Positions 39,053 through 53,445 of a stretch of DNA of 64,000 nt are shown in pieces. The translations under genes were made by a program, and so were the position numbers. Position 1 is the stretch's first letter; the number at the start of each line of letters is the position of its first letter. This stretch comes from Octopus sinensis (lineage: Eukaryota): NCBI RefSeq assembly GCF_006345805.1, contig NC_043007.1, positions 22,258,001 to 22,322,000 on the forward strand, in the 5' to 3' direction. The notes below the pieces were generated by a model that was not told where the DNA came from, ran no database searches, and was given only the letters and a program-made list of their open reading frames with translations.

Positions 39053-42000
39053 TGCATGCACAGACATATAAACAAGCACAACGTGCTTGGGTTAACTTGT
39101 CCTTTATCCTTCTAAGACTGAGGGAACGGGTATTGATTGTCAAAGTACTGTTGGGGAACAAACACACACAGACACACAAACACACACACATATACATATA
39201 TACGACGAGCTTCTTTCAGTTTCCATCTACCAAATCCACTCACAAGACTTTGGTCAGCCCAAGGCTATAGTAGAAGACACTTGCCCAAGGTGCCACGCAG
39301 TAGGACTGAACCTGAAACCATGTGGTTGGTAAGCAAGCTACTTACCACACAGACACTCCTGTACTTATATATATATATACACATATGAAAGAGAATCCAC
39401 TAAAGTGGACGCCCTTACTCTAAAGAGAGATCCACATGAGTCTCAACCACTAAAAATTGTTCTCAAGAAAAACTTAGCACACTATGAACGTAAGCGAGCA
39501 GGACAAATGAAAAATAACAAAAATATAGATTAATCCCATACAATTGTTTCACTGTTAATAAATTATGCAATTTTACTTACATAATTAATTTGCAGATCAT
39601 CAGTGGAGTCCGTCAAAAATATAATTTGTTGAACTGCACGCCATACATTAACACGAGGTCAAAAATACGAGCAGTACAGCCTATTATATTCACACTTATA
39701 TTCAAATGCCCTTGTTCTAGTGCGCCAAATTCCCAGAAATAAATACTGCATAAATAATTCACTGCAGTAGCGTAAGGGCATCCACTTTACTGGATTCTCT
39801 CTCATATGTGTATTAATAATATTTACTGAATCTCAGTTTTTTATGCGCTAAACCACTGGTGTTAAATTGATGTTATTAAATTAATATACAATTTTTTCAC
39901 CCTCATTTTGATTTTCATATATATATATATATTTGTATATATACTCACACACACACACACGAGTAGGTGCTGAAAACTTCTTAGTTCTAAGGGTATCCTG
40001 AAAGGCCTGGCTGAAGGCTCAACCTTCTAAGATCTTTTACAAGGCTTAGAAAAACTGAATGGCCCGTGCAATAAGCGTGTGAATCTGAGAGGAGAATATG
40101 TTGAATGAAATCATAATTAACTGATCCTCCAGTATTTTCTTATACCCAAATTCATGAACATTTCAGCACCCTCTCTTATGTGTGTGTGTATATATATATA
40201 TATATTCTTAAATAATTTATCTAGTTTCAGTCATTTGGCTGCATTTGTGATTGGGTGCTGCCTTCAGATTTAGCTGATTATATCAACCCCAGCTCTTATT
40301 TCAGTTTTATATTTATTTTATTGAGCACTGTGTATTGAACCACTAAATTACAACACTTAAAATGACACACCATAAATATACATGGTGGGGTGGGAGCATA
40401 CAAAATGTATTTTGTTGAACTCACTGCTATGGATTTATAACATAGTAAATAGGGTAATAAAAAATAAATTATTATTACCAGTGACCCAGCACAAAAGACG
40501 AATTAGTCATTAGACTATATATTATTCATATAGAAATACATTAAAAGGCTTCCAAATAAAGAAGCGCTGTGCTAGACACACAAAAAGGGATAAATTCATG
40601 AAAGGAATGAAAATTAAAAACGTTTACTAACTCAGCTATATCCTAAATTCTGTTTGTTTGCTAAAAATAGATGAAACCGTCGGTCTAGGATATAGCTGGG
40701 ATGGTAAACATTTTTAATGTTCATTTCTTTCATGAATTTATCCCTTTTTGTGTGTCTAGCACTACGCTTCCTTATTTGGAAGCTCTTTATTGTATTTATA
40801 TATACTATATATATAGCAATAAGAAAATAGAGGGGATCAATAGGTGGTTCATCAACTTTTAGACATTTTATTATGTCAACTTATTTATTTATTTACTAAA
40901 CTGATAATTACAATAATATACATACATATAATATATTATGTTTTACATATAAGATATAAAATATATTAATATATAAGGATACCGGTAATTATTATAAAAT
41001 AACAAACATGAATATAAATTGGGAAAATATCTTACAGCTGTTTCGGCCAATAGGTAAAAAGACCTCATTCTACCTTTATTGCTCAAGTGGACTGAAGTAA
41101 TAGGTAGATGAAACTGAGGTACTTGGGTGTTACTCTAGGCTTATATATATAAACTGACCTTACTATACAGTGTAGTCAACAAAATCAAAAACAAACAATG
41201 CGCATGCGTGAAATTAAAAATATATAATGGCAACAATTTACCCATCGCACCCTGTATATATATATATATATAAATATAATAAAAAGCTCCCAAATAAGGA
41301 AGCTAGTGCTAGAGACACAAAGAGGGATAAATTTATGGAAAGAATGAAAATCAAAAATATTTACCATTAAAGATATATTGCAGACTGATCAGTTTCTACC
41401 TCTTTCTAGCAAAACAGACAGAATATGTTTGCCAAGGCAAGGTTCGTCAGTGGGGAGCCTTCTTAATCCTAGATGCAAAGAGCGTTAGAGCACATGTAGA
41501 TCTAACGGTTTGTATATCTTAACATTTCAAACCTCCGCGCAGACGCAAAACATACCCGGTGTCAGAGAGCATGCCGGTAAACAATTTTACGAACAAATTT
41601 ATCAAGTAATATGTAAACATAATCAAAAAGGGTAATAACATAAGTTATTATTACCAGTGGCCTAGGACAAAAGACGAATTAGTCATTAGACAAAATACTT
41701 TATTATATTTCTATATTTTGTCTAATGACTAATTCGTCTTTTGTGCTAGGCCACTGGTAATAATAACTTATGTTATTACCCTTTTTGATTATGTTTATAT
41801 ATATATATATATATATATATCATCGTTTAACGTCCACTTTCCATGCTAGCATGGGTTGGACGATTTTGACTGAGGGCTGGTGAGCCAGATGGCTGCACCA
41901 GGCTCCAGTCTTCATCTGGCAGAGTTTTTACAGCTGGATGCCCTTCCTAACACCAACCACTCCGAGAGTATAGTGGGTGCTTTTTATGTGCCACCGGCAC

Positions 42001-42378
42001 GGGGGCCAGTCAGGCAGTGCTGGCAATGACCTTGCTCGAATCTTTTTACACATGCCACCAGCACAGGAGCCAGTGAAGCGACGTTGGTATTGATCACGCT
42101 CGAATGGTGCCCTTGTACGTGCTAGGGGTACAGAAGCCAGTTGGCTGCTCTAGCAATGATCACACTCAGATGGTGGGGTACGGAAGCCAGTTGGCTGCTC
42201 TGGCAACGATCACACTCGGATGGTGTTCTTGGCACCCTACTAGCACAGGCATGAGTGCCAGTAAGGCGACGCTGGTAACGATCATACTCAAATAGCCGCT
42301 CTGTCAACGATCACACTCGTATGGTGCTCTTTGCACCCCGCTAGCACAGATGCCAGTCATCAAATTGATTTTGATTTC

Positions 42379-42449
<71 letters not shown>

Positions 42450-44206
42450 TTAATGTCTGTTTTTCATGCTGGTATGGGTTGGGTGGTTCGTCAGGCAAGG
42501 TTTGACAAATCACAGAGCAGTGTCAGGCTCCAGTGTCAGCTTTGGCATGGTTTCTCTATTTGGTTGTATGTGTGTATATATGTCTACATACATTTGTACA
42601 TACACACACATGCACACGCACATACACACTCACATGTCTATACACACTTATGTACATATATGGCATGTATATGTATATATGAAATTACACTCACCTTGTA
42701 ATGGTTTTATTAGTAATGCTACTACATGACTACGGTACTCATAATAAAAAGGCAGCGAGCTGGCAGAAACGTTAGCACAGCAGACGAAATGCTTAGCGGT
42801 ATTTCGTCTGCCGTTAAGTTCTGAGTTCAAATTCCGCCAAGGTCGACTTTGCCTTTCATCCTTCCGGGGTTGATAAATTAAATACCAGTTATGCACTGGG
42901 ATCGATGTAATCGACTTAATCCGTTTGTCTGTCCTTGTTTGTCCTCTCTGTGTTTAGCCCCTTGTGGGTAGTAAAGAAATAGGTATTTTATCTGTCTTTA
43001 CGTTCTAAGTTCAAATTCCGCCGAGGTTGACTTTGCCTTTCATCCCTTCGGAGTCGATAAATTAAGTACCAGTTACGCACTGGGGTCGATGTAATCGACT
43101 TAATCCGTTTGTCTGTCCTTGTTTGTCCTCTCTGTGTTTAGCCCCTCGTGGGTAGTAAAGAAATAGAAATAGAAATAGAAACTTGTTCCTTTCTATTATT
43201 ATTAGGTTATGCTGTGCTTTGATTCCAATGTTTACCGCGGTTGCCGAGCTGTGAAAATAGATACGGGCGCTTTTGCAGCCTTTGATTCTCCAAATCTCTC
43301 CCCACTTGTGAAACTGGGATTCAAAATCCAAGGTGAGTATATTTCATCTTCACACTGGTTCCAGACTTTGGTACACAGCCAGAAATTTGAGGGAAACGCG
43401 GAAAGTCGATCTCATCGACACCAGTGCTCAACTGGTACTTATATATCGTTGACCCCGAAAGAACAAAAGGCAAAGTTAGCCTAGGCAGAATTAGAGCTCA
43501 GTGAAGGAAGGGGGTCCAGTCGATTAGATCGACCCCAGTACGGAACTGGTACTTAATTTATCGACACCCCAAAAGGATGAATGGGAAAGTTGTTTTTTTT
43601 TTGTTCCAATCTGATCTGGCAGAGTTTCTATAGCTGGATGTCCTTCCTAACGCCAACCACTCCGAGAGTGTAGTGGGTGCTTTTACGTGCCATCGGCCCA
43701 AGGGCCGGTCTGGCAGTACTGGCAACGGCCACGCTCAAATGGTGTTTTTTTTACGTGCCACCTGCACAGGAGTCAGTCCAGCAGCACTGGCAATGACCTC
43801 GCTCGGATGTTTTGTTCACATGCCACCGGCACAGGTACCAGTAAGGCAATGCTGATAACGATGCCCTTCCAAATGCCAACCACTTTACAGTGTGGACTGG
43901 GTGCTTTTTAAGTGGTACCTGCATAACCCTCAAATTGCCTGCAGATGCCAGCGCCACTTTGACTGGCTTCTGTGCCGGTGGCACATAAAAAGCACCATCC
44001 GAACATGGCCGATGCCAGACTCCCCTGGCACCTGTGCAGGTGGCACGTAAAAAGCACCCACTACACTCGCGTAGTGGTTGGCGTTAGGAAGGGCATCCAG
44101 CTGTAGAAACACTGCCAGATCAGACTGGAGCCTGGTGCAGTCCCTGGCTTCCCAGACCCTGGTCGAACCGTCCAACCCGTGCTAGCGCGGAAAACGGATG
44201 TTAGAC

Positions 44207-44243
<37 letters not shown>

Positions 44244-44617
44244 CTTTCAGATTTCAATACAAGGTTGAAATGTATCTAATATGCTCGTTCATGCATTGCG
44301 TCATCAAATGCTTTCTGCTTTTCAGTGAACTGGTCCTCCGTCACGAGATCTCGAGAAATGGAGAAATTTAAGGTGTTTACAAACATGTGTACCAATGTGG
44401 CTGTCATCCATCTCTTTCCTTCTATCACCTTAGAAACGGTAAAGTAAATTGTTTTTTTTTTGTTGCAGCTTTTGTAATCGCTTCTTCCATCTCATGCCAA
44501 TGTATGTTTTGCGGTCATGCTGGGGCACTTCCTTGAATAGTTATCACTCTCTCTTGCTGAACCACGAAACTACAGAGGTGTAACTGGACCAACACTAGTT
44601 GTCAAGCAGTGGAGGAA

Positions 44618-44701
<84 letters not shown>

Positions 44702-44792
44702 AACACACACACAAACACACACACACACAAACAAACACACACACACAAACACACACACACACACACACAACACACACACACACACACCACAC

Positions 44793-44833
<41 letters not shown>

Positions 44834-45383
44834 TCATGATGGGCTCTAAATTCACTCACATGGTTTTGGTCGGCCTGGGGTTATAGTAGAAGACACTTGC
44901 CCAAGGTTCTGTACAGTGGGACTGAAATCAAAACCCATCTTTTTCACCATACAGTCATGCTTGTGCCTTTTCTTAAACCTCTCACTTTTGTTTCTATTTC
45001 TCTTTTACTCTTTTACTTGTTTCAGTCATTTGACTGCAGCCATGCTGGAGCACCACATTTAGTCGAGCAAATCGATCCCAGGACTTATTCTTAGTAAGCC
45101 TAGTACTTATTCTATCGGTCTCTTTTGCCAAACCGCCAAGTTATGGGGACGTAAACACACCAGCATCGGTTGTCAAGTGATGTTTCCATCTACCAAATCC
45201 ACTCACAAAGCTTTGGTCGGTCTGAGGCTATAGTAGAAGACATTTGTCCAAAGTGCCACGCAGTGGGACTGAACCCGGAACCATATGGTTCGTAAGCAAG
45301 CTACTTACCACACAGCCACTCCTACGCCTCTGTGCTGTTCATGCTAGATTATTAGTCAAAAGAAAATCTTGTCCTCGTTGTTG

Positions 45384-45415
<32 letters not shown>

Positions 45416-46487
45416 GGTGGTGGTGGTGATGGTGATGATGATGATGATGATGATGATAACAACAAATATTATCAGCAATGGTGCTGGAGGCATCAGCATC
45501 ATCATCGTTACCATTTTCCAGATTAGCATTTGTGACCCCCTTTGATCATGAATGACCATAGGATTGTACCTAGAAAGTTACCCTCCGAGGCACAAGTCCG
45601 GGCAAGGTTGTTTAAGAAAGACCAGCAGTCGCCCATGCATACCAGCTTCCCCTCTCCACGCCACCGATGTTATCCAAGGGAAAGGCAAAGGGGCCGATAC
45701 AGCTTGGCACCAGTGACGTTGCAGCTCATTTATTAACGTGCAAGTGGCTGAGTACTCCAGAGACACACATACCCTTAACATAGTTCTCAGGGAGATTCAG
45801 CGTGACACAGAGTGTGACAAGGCTGGCCCTTTGAAATAGAGGTACAACAGAAACAGGAAGAAAGAGTGAGAGAAAGTTGTGGTGAAAGAGTACAGCAGCC
45901 CCCCCCCCTGCCAGAGCCTCGTGGAGCTTTAGGTGTTTTCGCTCAATAAACACTCACAATCCCCGATCTGGGAATCGAAACCGCGATCTTACGACCACGA
46001 GTCCACTGCCCTAACCACTGGGCCATTGCACCACCAGATTACCATTACCATCAACATTATTATTATTATTATTATTATTGTTTTTGTTGTTAAAACAAAG
46101 GTCAAGTTAGGTTGTATTCCTGGTAGGATTTTCATGGGTAGCGCATACTACCCGTAACCTTAGGTATCCACACATTTTCAGCAGTCTTTCAAGTGCTTAG
46201 AACCCTCCCAATAATCCTTGCTGTCCCTAAGAGGCAAACTTTCTGTAGGAGCTCAACCATACATTCTATTTGAACCTCCTTCAGCCATTTGTCTTTATCT
46301 TGGCTTGCTTACTACTACCGCTGCTGCTGCTGCTGCTTCTTCTTCTTCTTCTTCTTCTTCTTCTTCTTCTTCTTCTTCTCTTCTTCTTCTTCTTCTCTTC
46401 TCCTCCTCCTCCCCCTCCTCCGTCGTCTTCTTCTTTTTCTTCTTCTTCTTCTTTTTTCTTCTTTTTCTTCTTCTTCTTCTTCTTCTT

Positions 46488-46518
<31 letters not shown>

Positions 46519-46528
46519 TTATTATTAT

Positions 46529-46599
<71 letters not shown>

Positions 46600-46776
46600 C
46601 GCCAGGCGAAATGCTTGGCAGTATTTCATCTGCCGCTACGTTGTGAGTTCAAATTCTGCCGAGGTCAACTTTGCCTTTCATCCTTTCATGATTGATAAAT
46701 TAAGTACAAGTTGTGTACTGAGGTCGATGTAATCAATATCCCCTCCCCAAAATTTCAGGCCTTGTGCCTATTATAA

Positions 46777-46809
<33 letters not shown>

Positions 46810-48803
46810 TCATTATTATTATTATTATTATTATTTTATTGTCTTTGCACAGCTTCTAACACTAGAGATGTACTATGGTGTCAGCTGTTCACTGCCAGTG
46901 AACTAAGGTAACACCCCTTATTCTTTGAGCACCATCCAGAGCATTTGAGCGGTTCCAAGCAGTGCTGTTTTCTGCAAATGTTCCACCCTTATTTCAGCTC
47001 CTATTTGTTTCATGTACTTCTTGAGATTTTACTCACAGTTTCCAGGGCTCTGGCAATTATTGGCACTACTTCCACCTTTTTCAGTAACCACAACGGCTTA
47101 ACCTCCCAAGCTAACCTGTTATATCTATCAACTTTTCTTTCTTCCTTATCACATACTTTGTTGTAAGCTGGGTATGTTATATCTATGATCAAGCATTGTT
47201 TTCTTCCTTTCTCAATTAACACTATGTCAGGTTTCCTATTCTCTATCTCATGGTCACACTAAATCATAAAATTCCATAGGATCTTTGCATTATCTACCTG
47301 GGCAATCTTGTAAACCCGAAGTCATCATCGAAAATTATTATTATTTCTCAATTAGCACTATGTCAGGTTTCGTATTCTCTATCTCATGGTCGCACTGAAT
47401 CGCCTATAATTAACACTGACATTAATCATAGGCGTAGGAGTGGCTGTGTGGTAAGTAGCTTGCTTAGGAACCACATGGTTCCGGGTTCAGTCTTACTTTG
47501 TGGCACCTTGGGCAAGTGTCTTCTACTATAGCCTCAGGCTGACCAAAGCCTTGTGAGTGGATTTGGTAGACGGAAACTGAAAGAAGCCCGTCATATATAT
47601 ATGTATATATATATGTATGTATGTGTGTGTATATGTTTGTGTGCCTGTGTTTGTCCCCTCCCCCAACATCGCTTGACAACTGATTCTGGTGTGTTTATGT
47701 CCCCGTAACTTAGTGGTTCAGCAAAAGAGACCAATAGGCTTACATGGCTTACCACCATCACCACCACCACTGCCATCAACACAACCATCATCACCATTCC
47801 CATCAATACCACCGCCACCACCATCAACAACACCACCAACATCACTGCCACCATCTCTCTCTCATATTCTTTCATCTATCCACACACTTTATATCATATT
47901 CTTCATTTGTTCCAGATCAAAGCAGTTATATTGTCCGAAGGTATCAAAGGTATTGTTCTACAGACGTTCGGTGCTGGAAATATTCCAACCAACCAAACAC
48001 AGTTTGTTGATCTGTTAAAAGAGGCATCAGAAAGGGGTATTCTGATAGTCAACGTAACCCAGTGTGCCAAGGGCTCTGTTGGCAGGTATTATGCTGCCTC
48101 TGAGGTAAGTATCATATCCTTATCATCATTATACATATCCATATATATATGCCCCAGCATGGCCACGGCCTTTGGGCTAAAACAGTTTTAAGGATTTAAG
48201 GATATAAAGACTTGTTTTATTTCTATTCCTGAGCGCCATACTAATACATTATTTGTTTGTACTCCACCTGCCTTCGTCTTTTGTTTATTTTTGTAAACCT
48301 TCTCACTATATATATATATATATATATATAACGGGAAGGTTTACGAAAATAAACAAAAGACGAAGGCAGGTGGAGTACAAACAAACAAATGTATTAGTAT
48401 GGTGCTCAGGAATATAAATAAAACAAGTCTTTTACGTTTCGAGCCTACGCTCTTCGACAGAAAGATACACAGAAAAGAAACAAGGAGAGAAAAAAATTGC
48501 GTGTAGGGGCTAACGATCCAACATGGCATTATATATGTATATAAGAATTTTTTGCATAATAACATAAAAAATCAAGGCTGTGTAGATATTAGAGTATTTA
48601 TATCTATAAATGCTCTAATATCTACTCAGCCTTGGTTTTTTATCTTATTACACAAAAAATTCTGATATACACACAGTGACATAGAACCAACGTTGAACCC
48701 TTTATTCGCAAAATTACCGAATCTGGAACTTAACTATCGTCTGTCTATAGCACTTATTCAGCATTACCTGATACCTTTGGGTCTCAATGACACCATCATC
48801 TCT

Positions 48804-48837
<34 letters not shown>

Positions 48838-49083
48838 CATATATATACTTAATCATATCAAAGGGAAATGGAAATTAATTAAAATTTTCATTTCCAGTGG
48901 TCTAACGTGCAAAAATTTAGTCCAAAGTCTATGTATTAGTCATAAAATACAGTGTACATTTAGACATATGAGGAATCCACTCGTGGGATTCAACACGCTA
49001 GAAAGAACAGCTAGGTGTTTTTTCTAGCATGTTGAATCCCACGAGTGGATTCCTCATGTGTTTAAATGTACACTGTATTATGT

Positions 49084-49133
<50 letters not shown>

Positions 49134-52100
49134 TAAGAGAGAATTTTTTATCCACTATGTGGAAACTCTTACGCTAGAAGAAGATTCACTATGGTCTTAA
49201 CCACTAAGAATTGTTCTCCAGTTAAGACCATAGCGGATCTTCTTCCAGCGTAAGGGTTTCCACATAGTGGTTAAAAAATTCCCGCTTATATTTATGTATG
49301 AAATACTATTTACTGAATCTCAGTTTTTTTATACGCTAGACCACTGGTGTTAAAATCGATGTTTTCAAATTAATAACCAATTTTTCATCCTCATTTTGAT
49401 TATATATATATATCATCATCATCATCGTCATCATCGTTTAACGTCTGTTTTCCATGCTAGCATGGGTTGGACGATTTGACTGAAGTCTGGCGAACCAGAT
49501 GGCTGCACCAGGCACCAATCTAGATCTGGCAGAGTTTCTGCAGCTGGATGCCCTTCCTAACGCCAACCACTCCGAGAGTGTAGTGGGTGCTTTTACGTGC
49601 CACATGGTTTTAGTCGAATATATTGAACACGGTACTTATTTTTAAAGTCTGGTACTTATTCTGTTGGTCTCTTTTGCCAAGTGAAGTTGCAGGGATGTAA
49701 ACAAACCAACACCAGTCATTGAGTTGTGATGGAAGACAAACACACACATACACACACACAGCTACGAAATTTACTCATGTCAATAGGTTCCAGGCTATAG
49801 TAGAAGACGCTTGCCCAAAGTGCCATGCAGTGGGACTGAACTTGAAGCCACATGGTTGGGAAGAAGGCTTCTTTCACCATGTGTTAGAATCCCATTACCT
49901 TTCTCTTTTTCTTTTCTATTTTCTACAGGGTCTTGGAGAGGCAGGTGTGATTCCTGGTGGAGATATAACTCTTGAAGCCGCCATCACTAAATTGATGTAT
50001 ATCCTAGGACAAGAAAATCTCACACTGGAACAAAAAAGAAAGGTAAAGTTTATATAATTCTTTATTACCCATAGAGGGGGAAAACAAGGACAAACAAAAG
50101 GATTAAGTTGATTACATTGACCCCAGTATGTAACTGGTACTTATTTAATCAATCCTGAAAGGATGAAAGGCAAAGTTGACCTCAGCAGAATTTGAACTCA
50201 GAATGTAAAGACAGACGAAATACCTATTTCCTTACTACCCACAAGGGGCTAAACACAGAGAGGACAAACAAGGACAGACAAACGGATTAAGTCAATTATA
50301 TCGACCCCAGTGCATAACTGGTACTTATTTAATCGACCCTGAAAGGATGAAAGGCAAAGTCGACCTCAGCGGAATTTGAACTCAGAACGTAGCGGCAGAC
50401 AAAATATCGCTAAGCATTTCACTTTGCATGCTAACGAGTCTGCCAGCTTGCCGCCCTAGAAAGGTAAAGCTTATTGGTTAATTATCCTTAACCCTTTCAT
50501 TACCAACCCAGCTGAATCCAGCTCTGGCTCTGAGTACAAATGTTTTGTTTTCATAAGTTCTGAATTAAAATCTTCCACCAAACCTTAGTCACAATTTATG
50601 TTCCTAACACTAGCTGAATGATAACTAAGTTATTTTACTAAATTCTTTGTTATATTTAAAGTAATTGAAAGAAACACAGAGCATCTCAAAATAAATATAG
50701 TAACAAGTAGAAAGATTATATAAAAGCATGTAAGAGTTGTTGGGAAGAAAATAAGATGTTAGTGATGGAGTGTCAAAGCAAATTCTCAAGGAGAAAGGAG
50801 GTAAGCATATGAAAGGGTGCAGACAGTGGATCAGGGATATCAAGGTTATAGGAGTATACGGGAAGAGTTACAGATGGTTAGAACCTAGGAATTAATTAAT
50901 CTCTCTATATATATAAAGCTGAAGTTGTCTGTGTATGGCAAGTTTGGCAGCGTTGAACTAACACAAATCTCCTCCGAGACCCTGCGGCACAAGTTGACCA
51001 AAATTGAGTGTATGATAGAAGAAGGCTTGCTCTTCATTCCGTAGAAGAAAAAAATTCAAATCGGACCATGTTAACACCAAAAATTATTTACATCAAAAAG
51101 GTGCTTTTTTTCTATGAAAACCCCTATTTTTTACAATTTTTTGACAGGTGTGAAGCCATTTTTTGGTGTATTTCAACCAGAAAAATGTTTGCTTAAAACA
51201 AGCTACATAATGCAAAAGTTTTACATTTCAAAAATTCCAATTCTAAAGGGTTGAAACAAACCTGAGCAAAGCCAGGCGATACTGCTAGTTTCTGTTAAAA
51301 TCTAATCATTTCTCTTTACAGCTCATGAAGAAGAACCTCCGTGGTGAAGTGACCATTGTACCCAAAACTGATTCCCCTTTGAACTTCGAACTTATTGCCC
51401 TGATGGCAAAAAGGTTGAGCCTTAGCACAAATGCGGTATGGCACCAGTTCTTTCTGTAATCTCTCTAATTTTTTTTCTCAGTAACTCCTCCCAGTCGGAT
51501 TTTTGGTGGAGGTCATGGGAGAGTTGTTTTGTTTTTATTGAGGATTTTATAGTTGATTATTTATTAATTAGTAAACCAAACCAATATATTCTGGTTTTCA
51601 ACTGTTTGTATTCACTAATTACCAATGCAAGCCAGCTTTAATTTCTTCAATACTTTTATTTATTTTATTAACTCATGGTATACCTGGGTAGCAACAGGTT
51701 GATTGGTTCCGTTCCATTCCTTGGAACATCATCATCATCATCACCATATGCCTCCTCTTTTTCTTCCTTCTATTCTATCCATACCCTAAGATGCCTAAAT
51801 CATCATCATCATTTAATATTCCTTTTACCATGCCAGTTTGCGTTGAACAGTTTGGCATGAACTGACCAGTGCCGGTGGTATGTGTAAAAAGATTCAAACG
51901 AGGTTGTTGCCAGTACCGCCTGACTGGCGCTCATGCCGGTGGCATGTAAAAGCACCTACTACACTCTCGGAGTGGTTGGCCTTAGGAAGGGCATCCATCT
52001 GTAGAAACTCTGCCAGATCAAGACTGGAGCCTGGTGCAGCCATCTGGTTCGCCAGCCCTCAGTCAAGCCGTCCAACCCATGCTAGCATGGAAAGCGGACG

Positions 52101-53321
52101 TTAAACGATGATGATGATGATGATGACCAGCTAGATGGCTGCACTGTGCTCCAGGGTCTGTTTTGGCATGGTTTATACAGCGGGATGCCCCTCCTGTCAC
52201 CAACCAACTTACAGAGTGTACTAGGTGTTTTTTGTGGCACCAACACAGATGAGGTTGCCAGGTACTTGCAAGACAAGACCCTTCAACTGAGCGAGGTATG
52301 ATATTGGTTTCGAACTTTGACACAAGGCCAGCAATTTTGGGGAAGCGAGTAAGTCAATTGCAGCAACCCCAGTGATGATCTGATATTATTTTAATACAGT
52401 TCTGTATTTAAGAGATGAGGAATTATTTACATTATTTACATTATTTACATTTGATGAATATTTGTCCTCATCTTATTTGTTGTTAACACAATGTCTCGGC
52501 TCATATACCCTCCAGCCCTCACTAACTACTACACCATATGGCATAGTGGTTAAGAGCACAGGCTACTAACCCCAAGATGCCAAGTTCGATTCCTGGCAGT
52601 GATCAGAATAATAATAATAATAATAACAATAATAACAATAACAACAACATCACCACCACCATATATATATATAGAGGCCCGTCATATATATGTATATATA
52701 TGTATATGTATGTGTGTGTATATGTTTGTATGTCTGTGTTTGTTCCCCAACATCGTTTGACAACCGATGCTGGTTTGTTTACGTCCCTGTAACTTAGCGG
52801 TTCGGCAAAAGAGACCGATAGAATAAGTACTAGGCTTTACAAAGAATAAGTCCTGGAGTCGATTTCTTCAACTAGAAAGGGCGGTGCTCCAGCATGGCCG
52901 CAGTCAAATGTCTGAAACAAATAAAAGTATAAAAGGATACAGTCGTGACTCCCCACCCACACCCCTGGTCATCATAATTTATCCACTTGGGGCCAATTTA
53001 CCTTCACTACTGGACAGCCGTCGCTTGAATCCTAGCACCTTACTGACCAGCTGCTGTGTCGTTAGCTTAATTAAGTCTTTCTCTTTCTCATTTGCCATCA
53101 CTTGGAGCTTCTAGTGTTGCTGGGTACTTATCGATCGCTTTACCATTTTTTCTTTGTTTTCTTTCCTCTTTCTTTTCACAGGAAATTGAAAGTTTACGTG
53201 ATACCATTTTCCCGGACTTGATTTGTACTGCTGCCAAGACAGGAAATCTGAGTTCTATGGCAGACTTGAAAGAGAAGGTAACTCTACTTTCCTATTTCAG
53301 AAATATGTGTTCTCTCTCCAC

Positions 53322-53396
<75 letters not shown>

Positions 53397-53411
53397 TTCT
53401 CTTTCTCCCCT

Positions 53412-53445
<34 letters not shown>

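Noticed and set aside
52960-53095. Minus-strand 39-aa [42 protein letters not shown]
   Set aside because: Protein-like but short, with no recognised family or splice context; a BLAST would be needed.
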